DNA from: Antedon mediterranea
Taxonomy: Eukaryota > Animalia > Echinodermata
Reading direction: 5' to 3'
Assembly (NCBI RefSeq): GCF_964355755.1
Contig: NC_092678.1
Location: forward strand, 12,832,352-12,896,351
DNA: 64,000 bases
Shown here: one piece after another, positions 25,420 to 38,300 of the stretch
How the letters are laid out: the number at the start of each line of letters is the position of its first letter
Position numbering within the stretch: the stretch's first letter is position 1
Position numbers and translations under genes: made by a program
Notes under the pieces: generated by a model
What the model saw: only the letters and a program-made list of their open reading frames with translations
The model's database searches: none
Told to the model about the DNA's origin: nothing

Positions 25420-26060
25420 AGTAGTTGCTGGTCTCCAGCAATTGGTACATGTTTGTGAAGAGTTTTCGCAAGAGAATGATGTTTTATTTAATGATAAGAA
25501 ATCTTTTTGTATGTGCTTCTGTCCTCGTACTTGCAAACTTGAAGGTAATTCTATTACTAAACTTGTTGGTAAAAAACTTGCTTATGTTGAGAAAGGTACC
25601 TTGGTCATATTCTTATGTGTGATTGCAGTGATGAGGCTGACATTCAAAGTCAGTACAGATCTTTGTGTATTAGAAGCAACTCACTCAATCGCAAATTTAT
25701 GAAATGCTATATACCAATGTTAAATGTTGTCTCTTTAGATCTTACTGTATTAATATGTATTGTGCTGCCCTTTGGTGTACGGTAACTATCGTATGAAAAA
25801 TATTAGATCTCTTAATGTATGTTACAATAATGCTCTGTGCCGTATACTTAATGTCTCTAGAAGTAGTAGTGCCAGTGCAATGTTTATTGAACATGGTGAC
25901 CCTTCCTTTAATGAGTAGGGCCTACATGCGAAAATCTACCTATGGAAGTTTCATGCAACGTATGTTGAATAGTGGTAACATCCTTGCTGCTTGTGTTTGC
26001 AAAAATATGCTCCATAACTCCAAAATGTATTGTAGATGGAGAAGCATTCTATATACTTAA
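25420..26060 (+). mobile_element. Decayed non-LTR retrotransposon ORF2 (RT thumb / C-terminal region)
   Basis: LQQLVHVCEEFSQENDVLFNDKKS..C, YLGH, YNNALCRIL and SASAMF in broken frames. Confidence 0.7.
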
Positions 26061-26643
26061 GTTTAGAGTTTACGATTTTTTTTTTCTGTTTATACGTTTA
26101 TTAATATGGATGATATTTCCGAAAAAAAAATTGAATTGAATAACTGCTGATGACTTTCACGTTTTTGTTGGTCAATGCTATTAAATTATATCATATTTAA
26201 ATAATGTTAAACCATTAATGTTTATTAATGTAACAGTAAGAATATCATGAGTGCGTATTGCATTGGACTGTATTATGCACTTTCAGATGCAAACAATAAA
26301 AAGACGTTTATACGAATAAATACGGTATTTAAATGTACTGTGAAAAGGGTAATTAAGTAATGCATTCAACTGTTATGCCCATAACAATTTTATAGACACA
26401 TCGTTTATTTATTTATTTTCAATCTTTCTACATAGCAAAAAAACAAACATATAAGTATAACAGGGGAGTAGCGGAAAAGTAAAAAGTATAAAACTGTCAT
26501 CTTGTGATGTGCTTGACCAGCCCCTGTCAACTTGAACGATACAATAAAACCGACATTTAACAAATTTAGAAAAATACATAGAAAATATGGTATAATAAAA
26601 TGTTAACAAAAGTGTAATAAAAATGCAATTAATATCTGAACAA

Positions 26644-26810
26644 TCTGATTGTGTAAAAGTTAAAAATTCTGATTGTATAAAAGTTAAAAATTCTGATTGT
26701 ATAAAAGTAAAAAATTATGATTGTATTAAAGTTAAAAATTCTGATTGTATAAAAGTTAAAAATTCTGATTGTATAAAAGTTAAAACTTCTGATTGTATAA
26801 AAGTTAAAAA
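26644..26810. repeat. Minisatellite, 24-bp unit x7
   Basis: tctgattgtataaaagttaaaaat repeats; this produces the spurious SDCIKVKN ORF. Confidence 0.95.
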
Positions 26811-27156
26811 GCTAAAAATTCAAAGTAGGTACAATCATGTTAATAAAAATATGAACAGTTAAAAAATCTATAAAATGTTGCTCTAAACTGTGTTTAAACT
26901 TAAAAAACGACTCTTCATTTACATTTTAACATTAAAATTTGCCAAAAATACACAAATTAGAGACTGCTCATTGCTTTGCTCAACCCAAGCAAATAAGTAA
27001 CAGTTATTTGGTGACAATTTCGTGCTGCAAATGATACTGTTTTTATCTTTTTTTTATTGTACTTTTTGTCGACATTTTGTTTGAATCACATGACCTAAAT
27101 AGTAAACAATTGAATAATGATCTAGTTAATACATGTGACCTGAATATATAAACAAG

Positions 27157-28114
27157 ATATCGCTAGTCACTACGTGTCACCAAATATCGCTGCGGCAGCG
27201 GCTAGTCAATACATGTGACAAAATATCGCTATTCACTACATGTGACTAAATATCGCTAGTCACTACGTATGACCAAATATCGCTAGTCACTACACGTGAC
27301 TAAATATCGCTAGTCACTACGTGTCACCAAATAACGCTGCGGCAGCGGCTAGTCAATACATGTGACAAAATATCGCTATTCACTACATGTGACTAAATAT
27401 CGCTAGTCACTACGTATGACCAAATATCGCTAGACACTACGTATGACCAAATATCGCTAGACACTACGTGTGACCAAATATCGCTATTCACTACATGTGA
27501 CCAAATATCGCTAGTCACTATGTGTGAGCAAATATTGCTAGTCACTACATGTGACCAAATATCACTAGTCACTACATGTGACTAAATATCGCTAGTCACT
27601 ACGTATGACCAAATATCGATAGTCACTACGTGTGGCCAAATATCGCTAGTCACTACGGGTGACCAAATATCGCTATTCGCTACGTTTGACCAAATATCGC
27701 TAGTCACTACACGTGACTAAATATCGCTAGTCACTACACGTGACTAAATATCGCTAGTCACTACCTGTGACCAAAAATCGCTAGACACTACGTGTGACCA
27801 AGTATCGCTAGTCACTATGTGTGACCAAATATTGCTAGTCACTACATGTGACCAAATATCACTAGTCACTACTTGTGACTAAATATCGCTAGTCACTACT
27901 TATGACCAAATATCGATAGTCACTACGTGTGGCCAAATATCGCTAGTCACTACACGTGACTAAATATTGCTAGTCACTACCTGTGACCAAAAATCGCTAG
28001 ACACTACGTGTGACCAAATATCGCTAGTCACTATGTGTGACCAAATATCGCTAGTCACTACATGTGACCAAATATCACTAGTCACTACATGTGACTAAAT
28101 ATAGCTAGTCACTA
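27157..28114. repeat. 27-bp satellite (~35 units) with an internal GTCAC-n5-GTGAC palindrome and higher-order blocks
   Basis: The unit aaatatcgctagtcactacRtgtgacc repeats. A gctgcggcagcg insertion variant recurs about 146 bp apart (~27189 and ~27336). Confidence 0.95.
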
Positions 28115-28480
28115 ATTGATCTAGTTATTATATATGTGACAAAATATCAACAATCTAGTTACGATTTGCGATTGAATATAAATGACCTAGTCATCATATG
28201 AAACCAATTACCAACAATCTAAACCAAGTACACAGTCTACAACTGCTGTGATTTTCGGCGAACATTTTCTGTTCCACTTTTTGGTTGTGATCTACTTTTT
28301 GACAGAAAGCAACATAATAACATTTAGGAAAGTGGGTTAAAAAAAAGGAATGTTGCTGTATTCTTTTTTAATGTGATTGATTGACTTGAAAATTTGTTAT
28401 TTGTTGTACTTTACAATGGTCATGCGTTAGTGCAGTATCTTAATGAAGTATTTGGCCAATAAACATCTTTTTTAATATTG

Positions 28481-28935
28481 TTATTCTAGTTTCATGTCTT
28501 CAATCTTGGCAGAGACATCTTCTGTTTTTCCTTTTTTCTTTCCTCCTTCTTTTTGTTTCTTCTGTTTCTTTCCTTGTTGTTCTTCAATTGGTGCTGGTTT
28601 AGTGAATTTAATTAATTCTTTCAAGCCTGCAATGAACACAACACCATATACATGAGCTACATATACAATATTTATATACAAAAAACAAACTATCTTAGTT
28701 TCAACTCTTGAAGAATAAAAATCGGTACACTCTACAAAGTGCTGAAATCAAACTATAATGAAACCATACATGGCTACAACGACTTAACGTATGCAAACAA
28801 TATGTCTTTAGAGGGTTTGTTTTTCTTTTGCTTAAACAAAATTAATTTTTACCTCAGGCATAAATGGTCGTAGAACTTCAGGAACAACAATGCCCTCTTC
28901 AGTTTGATTATTTTCTAGTATACAGCAGATGATTT
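28481..28935 (-). pseudogene. SARS1: 3' fragment (last 1.5 exons, intron retained) of cytosolic seryl-tRNA synthetase with UNE-S-like tail
   Basis: 28853-28935 encodes IICCILENNQTEEGIVVPEVLRPFMPE and 28481-28626 encodes GLKELIKFTKPAPIEEQQGKKQKKQKEGGKKK...*, matching the metazoan SerRS C-terminus (recalled, not searched). The donor is phase 0 but the acceptor needs phase 1, and there are no upstream SerRS exons. Confidence 0.85.
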
Positions 28936-29326
28936 TGTAAAATATGAATAATATTAAAATACCTAAGCGCATACAATATTTAATGATATTTTAATGTTAA
29001 TATATGTTTAACTGCACTGCACTTCTCATCCGATATTATAACGATTTCATTAAATCTTTAAGTGTTTTATTTACCTGGGTTTTTCAATTTGGGAAACAAA
29101 CTGATTTTATGCAACTTTACTACAATTTAATAATTTAGTTGCTTGTATTGTATAGAATTTATGAGTATGAAATGTCTAAGAAATGCACATACAGAATAGT
29201 ACATAAATGTGAAGTTTACTGTTTATATTTGACTGCAATGTTGTACAAATTATGAGCATGGCACAAAGTAAGGACGTAAAACATTGAGTACAGTCCTAAA
29301 GTAACTTGCGACATAATTACTGTTGC

Positions 29327-32300
29327 TTAATGAACATCTTCATATGGATTTTTAGAATTTTGACTGGTAGATGATTCTTCGTTAGGTTCTGCAAAGACGC
29401 TCCGCAACTGACGTAAATTGCGTTGTGTTTCATATCCCTCATCTTGCTGGAGAAGACTTGTAAGCTGTATTAAAACAAACACAACATTATGTGAGGTTCA
29501 GTTTAAGAAAAAGGACAAACATTTTTATTGCACCAAATTATGAGGAATTCTTAACGCAAAAGGCCTTATTTTACAGCTGGTAAATTATCATAGAACCTGA
29601 TCAAAATTGTATAACAAAAGGGTGTCAGCATCAACTTTGGTGTGTGACCATGTTATGATGAATATAAAGAAAGAACAGGCTTATGAAAGATATCATTTAG
29701 GGAAGTACTGTATACAAAAAACTTTTAAAATAATTAAGAACGTGTCTTGATGTTAGAATTTGGAAAAGTCACAGAACTGATAGGAAGAGAATATCAAAAC
29801 ACGGATTGGTTTTCAATGGATTGCAAAGAAAATAAAAAATACATAAAAAAAATATTTGGTTGTTCCATTAGAATATTGAAACTTACCTTATCTGTGTGGT
29901 TTTTTAGATAGCTGAAAAGGTGCTCAAGTGTACTGGTTCGTCTAAAAATATCTCTGAAATTCTATTTAAAAAATATAAATTCATTAAATTAAACTCACAA
30001 AACTTTTATTTTAAATATTCTGGAAATGTTTGAACAACATATAAAAAAAACTATTATTCTTACTTTGCCAGAATTGTGTAGTTCTTGGACAAAGCTTGCA
30101 CGCTGGAACTCGGCTGTCTGAACCTTCTTATAGAAATTGTCAACAAGACTTCTGTAGTGTGGCATTTCTTTTGTATACAGCAAACGGTTTACTTCAGATT
30201 CCTTTGAAATAAAATAAATACATCGAATAAAATCCTAATTTTGAAAATTTGGTTGCTCTTGATATAAAGTAATTAATTAAAAAACAATGAACATATAATA
30301 TAGTTATTGAAATAAAGTAATGAGTATTAATTTATTCATAAAACACATTGCCTTGACATTTGTGGCGATAGTTTGAAGGTAAAATAAACAAAAAAAATGT
30401 ATACAATTAAAAACAAAACAAAAACTATAATAAAACCGTAAAAACATTGCATTGACATTTTTGGAAAGAAAAAAAAAACAATAATATATGAAATAAAAAA
30501 CGATATTGAAATAAAGTAATGAGTATTAATTTATTCATAAAACAAATTGCCTTGACATTTGTGGCGATAGTTTGAAAATTAAAATGAACAAAAAAAAAAA
30601 ACAATGTATAAATTTAATAACCAAAAAATAAACCATAAAATAAAACCATAAAACATTGCCTTGACATTTATTGGCAAGAAAAAAATCCAATAATATGAAA
30701 TAAAAAACGAAACACAGACCATACAAATAAAACTATAAAATCATTACCTTAATATGTTTGGCAATTGTTTGAAGGTAAAATAAAAACAAAAATAAAAAAT
30801 GTATGGTTTATTTTTTGTATCAGTATTCACTGCTGCTATTTACTATGGGTGCTTAAGTACAATATTTCCTAACCATAACTAGCGGCAGATGTATATAGAT
30901 TTTAATCAGATCAATAAAGGATATGTATCGTTGGCTCATTTTCAACACCATGTTGGACGATACTGGTCCCTGGCAGTGAACCTACTAGGCCTACAACACC
31001 ATGTTGGACGATACTGGTCCCTGGCAGTGAACCTACTAGGCCTACAACACCATGTTGGACGATACTGGTCCCTGGCAGTGAACCTACTAGGTCTACAACA
31101 CCATGTTGGACGATACTGGTCCCTGGCAGTGAACCTACTAGGCCTACAACACCATGTTGGACGATACTGGTCCCTGGCAGTGAACCTACTAGGCCTACAA
31201 CACCATGTTGGACGATACTGGTCCCTGGCAGTGAACCTACTAGGCCTACAACACCATGTTGGACGATACTGGTCCCTGGCAGTGAACCTACTTACTTTTG
31301 TGAGTTGTATTTTCTTTGGTGAGCAAGATTCTATAAATGTTCTTGATATAATGCTCAAAGTACCCATTATGGGTCCTGTCTGCTTGATGTCAAATATATA
31401 TTCAGGGTGTTTAATAACCTGTACCCAGAATTTAGAGGGTACGCTAAGAGGAAAAGAAAAAAAAAACATTCTATAAAGTGTTCTGTGTCAAAATAGAAAC
31501 AATACCAATATAAAAAACAAAATACAAAACTCACTGAAATGATGGATTGGACAAAAAAAAATCAATTTGGAACACACCTGTTATTTTTCCAGGTGGTCAA
31601 CGTGAGGTCATCAACACCTTGTTTCTTTGCTTCTTGATCAAATAGATCAAACAGATACTTAACAGATGGAGGAATTGGAGGATGAGAGCTGGATGCCCAA
31701 AATATTGTATTAAACATCTCATCCACATATTCTTTAATAGCTTCCTATATAACAAAAAAGAAAATCTTTCAATTAAAAAGTTTTGTGTTGCAGTCATCAG
31801 TGAACTAGGTTTTGACTAGTCACTTATAAGCTCTTCAAACTGAATAAATAAACCAATATATAAAATAAATGATAAACTACCTTTGTTGCCATTGCTCTGA
31901 GAAACTTGATTTCTTTGATGTCTCTTTTGGCATTTCTATGCATATTGAAGAGACTTTTTCTTTTAGGATCACTTCTGCCGACATTATCTAGTGTCTAAAA
32001 TAAATAACTTATCTTTACATACAACTGTTTTACTAGTTGATAAAAATAGTTAAAATAAAGTTTCATATTTCAATGAAGTGTACATGTTCCATGTATTTGA
32101 AATGAGATGACCACCATGTCAAGTTTAAAAAGGTCAAATGCAAATATGTCACTAAAGATAAAACATATATTGTTACCAGATGATAATGCTTCATTCCAGA
32201 TTCTTCTAAAGACTTCATTGAAATCGCACCATTATCTGGTTCCAATGCTGCATTGTCAAACACTAGAAATAACAAAAAAACCAGTGCGATAATATACAAA

Positions 32301-35300
32301 TAATGACTGTAATGGTACAAATAATGGCATGAGGTTGGTTAATGATGAAAGGTTGTTATATATCAATGAGGCAACAGCCGAGTTGATATATAACCTTTCA
32401 TATAAAACATTCATTATTTGTTTTATATAACATCTAAATAGATTCATTTGAATAAAATAAAAGGTAGGCCTAGCCTAATCAAGGCCTACATTTAATTCAC
32501 ATTGATTAAAACAGTAACATTTGGTTATTATATTATTATTTATATGGATTTTATAAACGCACCTACTGTTAGTGTTAACTATGTCAACAAACAACCAAAC
32601 ATCCTAGGCCTAACAAGGCTAAAACGCTTAGGCATTGCCTAATCTTAACAGGCCTGGGCCTAGTATGCTGAAGACCGCAATACGACAGGCAACTAGAACT
32701 CATCTAGGCTAATTATGATTCCACGTCTTTTAGAGATGTTCCCATTACTTCATCAAAATCCTAAAAACTTACAGACAAATACTGTACTAACCAAACTTAG
32801 AAGCTGCACCATCTGCAGGTGTTGCTGTTGCTGGACTGACAGCATTTAAATCAATGTCAGCATTTGCAACCGTCTGCTTCTTGACAAGAGCTACAGTGCA
32901 TCCATTGTCTGCAACCTACAGTGTTGATAACCAACATGATTAATATGCAAAGAAGCATAATATAATAAAGGTAGCAAGTCATAATAAAAATAATAATGCT
33001 AAATGAGTAAAAGAATAAATAAGGGCACAGTGTGTTGGACATTGGATTACTGATTGTGAATAAGGGCACAGTGTGTTGGACATTGGATTACTGATTGTGA
33101 ATAAGGGCACAGTGTGTTGGACATTGGATTACTGATTGTGAATAAGGGCACAGTGTGTTGGACATTGGATTACTGATTGTGAATAAGGGCACAGTGTGTT
33201 GGACATTGGATTACTGATTGTGAATAAGGGCACAGTGTGTTGGACATTGGATTACTGATTGTGAATAAGGGCACAGTGTGTTGGATATTGGATTACTGAT
33301 TGTGAATAAGGGCACAGTGTGTTGGATATTGGATTACTGATTGTGAATAAGGGCACAATGTGTTGGACATTGGATTACTGATTGTGAATAAGGGCACAGT
33401 GTGTTGGACATTGGATTACTGATTGTGAATAAGGGCACAGTGTGTTGGACATTGGATTACTGATTGTGAATAAGGGCACAGTGTGTTGGACATTGGATTA
33501 CTGATTGTGAATAAGGGCACAGTGTGTTGGACATTGGATTACTGATTGTGAATAAGGGCACAGTGTGTTGGACATTGGATTACTGATTGTGAATAAGGGC
33601 ACAGTGTGTTGGACATTGGATTACTGATTGTGAATAAGGGCACAGTGTGTTGGACATTGGATTACTGATTGTGAATAAGGGCACAGTGTGTTGGACATTG
33701 GATTACTGATTGTGAATACGGGCACAGTGTGTTGGACATTGGATTACTGATTGTGAATAAGGGCACAGTGTGTTGGACATTGGATTACTGATTGTGAATA
33801 AGGGCACAGTGTGTTGGATATTGGATTACTGATTGTGAATTTGAATCCAACTCTTGCCGCATTGCTTGTATCCTTTAGGCAAGACACAACTATTTATGTT
33901 TGTCTCTCTACATCCAGGTGTATAAAATGGGTGCCCGGTTAGATCAAGACAGAAAGATAATTACTAGCCGCATTATGGGAGAATGTTTCAATAAGTGTTT
34001 GAAAAAAAATGAACGGCGTAATAATGTTAAGCGCTTAGAAGAATATCATTATAATAGCAAATAAGAAGAATACATAATTAATTTCTAATACATTTTTTGG
34101 GGTTGTACTACTTTACTTTAGCTTCATAAACTTAAATAGTGATTTGGGATTAATGATTGGATCACTTTCGGTACTTATTTTATTTTATTAATTTTGGCAA
34201 ACATTAACAGACATCCACAAATAGCTTGAGTGTGCCAAAGGAATGGCAAAAGAGGCAATCATCTTCTGTTGGCGATCTGCGACACCGATTAGGAATGCAA
34301 TTCTTAGATTCTATTATTATATACTTCTAGAAATGTTAATGCAATTCTACAATTTATTCATGTTGCAAAATAGAATTACTTTTTAAAAAGGTCCCTAATT
34401 CTAAATTAAAAAAAATAAGCAGTAAGATTAATTATCATTCAGATATGATTGACTGTATGTGTAAATATTCTACTAACAGTTTTAGGTATGAGGTCACCAA
34501 TGGTATTGAGTTTTATCAGTTGACCATTTCGTTGTGATGTTGCATCGATGTCAGAAAGAATTAGGTGTCCACCTCGCCCATGGCGCCAGCCTATAAAAAA
34601 AAGTAGAGCATATGAAAGGGTAGGAAAACAGGATAACTGAATTTACTGTACCTTCATCTATCTTCAAACAACATAGATATTCCATAACATTTTTATTTGT
34701 ATGGTATCGAAATAAACCAAATATACTAATAATTAATCAAAACATATCCCAAAGGCCTCTATAATTCTTAAAAACGAAGTACTGTAGGAAAAGTTGGTAA
34801 TATCTGGATGTATTTCAAGAGTTGAAGATGATCTTTGACTGACTAAACAATAGACTGTTTATAATAGCAGGTTTGCATGTTCATAGTAGGAAACTGCTAG
34901 GAGGCAATAGAGAGTGAACATTAAATTAAGATAAAAGAGATCTTTCTGTAGTTTAGCCATAATAATGTGTTGTTTTGTAAACTATAGTAATCAATAATAT
35001 AATAATGTCTACAGTCTACATCCAATAAATCCCAAAACATAATCCACATGTATTTTAAGAGGCACTATATGTCAACAAATAATTATTAGTCCTCTCTCCA
35101 TGACGGTTGTCACGTAATCTTTGTATTATTTTTTATTGTATTTATATGTTTCATATGGACAGTTTGTCTGAAATAAAGTTGAATTGAATTGCATTAACAC
35201 CTTTCAGTACATCTATGAATGAATAAGCAGCAGGAATGCTAGTAAACTAAACCCAGTACCATTTTGATTTGACAAGAAATTATCTCTCTCTCTTTGAAAA

Positions 35301-38300
35301 TTGCTTCAACACATTCAGGTATTCTGATTGTGGTGTGCTGTTAGTATAGTATCTTGGTGTGTAGAAGTTTATTAATAATTTTTTTTTTAATAATGTTTAG
35401 AAAAGAATTTATATTTGATCGTAGTTGTAACTACACGATTTGGTAAGCCGTATGTTGTTATGTAAATGAGTTTTTGTTTTACTAATCTTGTATATTAGAA
35501 GTTGCCTAGTATTGTATTAACTCTTTCCTGCCATACAACTTTATGCTGTACTGTTGCTTACACCGGTAGGGAGATATCTGGTTCATGCCAGATATTTTAT
35601 TGTAATATGTTATGCATTAATATTAATCGCTCTTGACCTTGGAGATTTAAATATTGTTCAAAAACATGTGCTGTACGCTCCGTCGCCACTCAGGGCTAGA
35701 TAGGAATTTGTAGAGATTTTCCCCCAATTCAGTTATCAGGCGTTTATTCTTTGCCTATCTCAAGGTTAAGAGTGTTTTAGTAGAATATTACGGGTTAGCA
35801 TCCATTTGTTTTCAGTTCATTTAATTGTATGTTAACATGATTGGATATATTGAGGTTATACAGGTATAATTGATAAAAATCAATTAAGAAATTTATATTT
35901 AATTTTAATTCATACAGTATTATTTATATTACAATTTTGGTTCAACAGAAAAGTAAAATAACACACGACTATTTAATTTTCATCATTTCGTTTGTCATCC
36001 AGAAACAAAGATTGCAATTATTATTTGTTATTTATTTATACGATGTACATGGGGTTATGGAAGTTGGCGTGTGCGAATAAACACGTTTTAGACAATTTGT
36101 CTCCATTGGTTCATGTATGGGGTTAACGGGGGCTGAGATGAGATCCAAGTTTAACTGTGCTGGAAGGGCATTAGGTTTCTATTACACTCCCACACCTCAA
36201 AAGACAAGGCCTGCTATTGGTTAATAAAGGACTTAAACTCAACTTACTGAGGTCTAAATGTTGAACTTTTGGGCGATCTGTGTATGGATCATTTTTGTAC
36301 AATGTATCCAGTATCTTCTCCTTTACTTGACTGATGGTGTCACAGCTAAGAACTTTCACTTTTTGAAATTCACCACTGTCAGAATTTTGTATTGCATTCA
36401 GTGTCTGTAAAATAAAAAAAATATATATTTTTAGAATATTAAGTTGTAATTAAAGTAATTAATATAGTACACACACAAGACAAAGTAAATACAGAGATTA
36501 ACTTTGACTGTTTACTGTTGTTTTAATAGAAATCCATTGTGGCCATGAAATTTCATCTAATATAATGAAAACGGAATGAATGTATACGGGAAATAGAATA
36601 CATACAATGACTTGAGGACGTTCGTCTGACTGAAGGCAATCATCAAGGTTCAATGAGTATGTAGCACGTCCAGTAATGGCATCTACTGGACCCATCTCAA
36701 TCCTTAACTTCAGTGCATGGTACAGAACATACAGTGGATGCCCGGCATAGTCCTGCAAAACACATGAATGTTTAAATGAGCAAATGGCCAAAAAGTTAAG
36801 ACATTGGAACTGTAATCCATAGCCTTATGCCAAGGGTTTGAGGCTCACTTGCTCCATGGTTCTGGTGGTAGAACGAGTCTTCTTGGATAGTTAATTGTTT
36901 TTAACTGTGTGCTAGTTTATTTGTTATTCTTTTATTTTATTTCATACACATCCAACAGCGAGCACAAACTCGCCAATTACAGGATGGATGAAATATTTTA
37001 TTGTGCTTATAAACTAAGTCTCATTTGAGGGTTAGAGAGTGGAGTTAAAAGAGTCTTGAGTTACAACCCTGCCACGGGGTCAGGATTGAACCCTGGACCT
37101 TGGGATTGGAAGGCAAGCATGTTTTAACCACCAAGCTACAGCTCCACTACAATGCGATAAGCTATGCTTTTCTGTTCAATGTGCAGTATGAAGACATACT
37201 ACACTCAGGGAGTGGAAAGAAAAAATTAAAATATAATAATTTTCACGATAGAACCACACTCCTACACACAGACTAAGAATTGAACTTATTGGCATATAAT
37301 TGCATCACAACGCATACGCATTAATAGATGAAAGTCGAACCAATAAATATGATAAAAATGTGCAATATTTCTGGGTTAATTTCAATGTTTAGTTAATATA
37401 AAACTAATAAACATTTTAAGTAAATCTTCCAAATGATTATTTTTATTATATGAATGTGAGAAAAGCAATATAAACATACCTTAAGGCAATTATACATCGA
37501 TAAAGCTATCCAATTGGACAACAGCTTTGCAGTCACAGAGTCTGTTCTATAAATGTTAAACAATAATTCAGTTTGAATATGTTGTAAACATATTTTCACA
37601 TTTACTGTAACTAACAATAAATAAATTGACTTTCATTGCACCAACATTAACAATGTACAGTAACATGGTAGTAAAATATTTTCTATTTGGTAGAAAGAAT
37701 GTGCCCTCTAATTTGCATAGAACACAAGATAATATACACAAGATGACCTGAAGTAGTTATGACAGTGAACAACTTTAACAATTTGGTTTGATACTCAATG
37801 AAGAAACTAATGCCATGTCTGATCACCTCAGCAACTCCATTTTGCAAAGACAATGATTTTAACATAGAATACATCTGACTCAAAATAATGAGACAGAAGC
37901 TATGATTGAGCCACCGTTTTGATCTTTATTGGATCAATAAAGATTGAAACGTTGAAAACTGACTTCCATCTCATTATTATATTTGGATTTAGTTTATTCC
38001 ATGCTATCTAATATTGGATTAGGTTTGTAGATCATCTTGTGTTTTTGTTGTCTTGCTTTAGTATAATATCGGACATTATTATACGCTGTTGACAAAGAAT
38101 AAATAAAAACAAACTGACCTGGCTAGGACCTGCTTGGCTTTATGCGATGACACACAATAATCAATGTTGTCTATTAACAACTCCTCAAGTACCCTATAAC
38201 ACAACACAAATTATTGTCAGTTTCATTTATTTACACAATTAATTGTAACCAATAAATGTCTATATTTGCTGGATTGTTGTGGTGAAACAAGACTTAAAGA

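Noticed and set aside
28481-29464. Plexin-SerRS fusion protein
   Set aside because: The plexin has its own stop at 29327, and the SerRS piece lacks an acceptor at its 5' edge and is phase-broken.
30889-31476. 195-aa plus-strand repeat protein
   Set aside because: It is a translation of the 51-bp minisatellite plus the antisense strand of a plexin exon.
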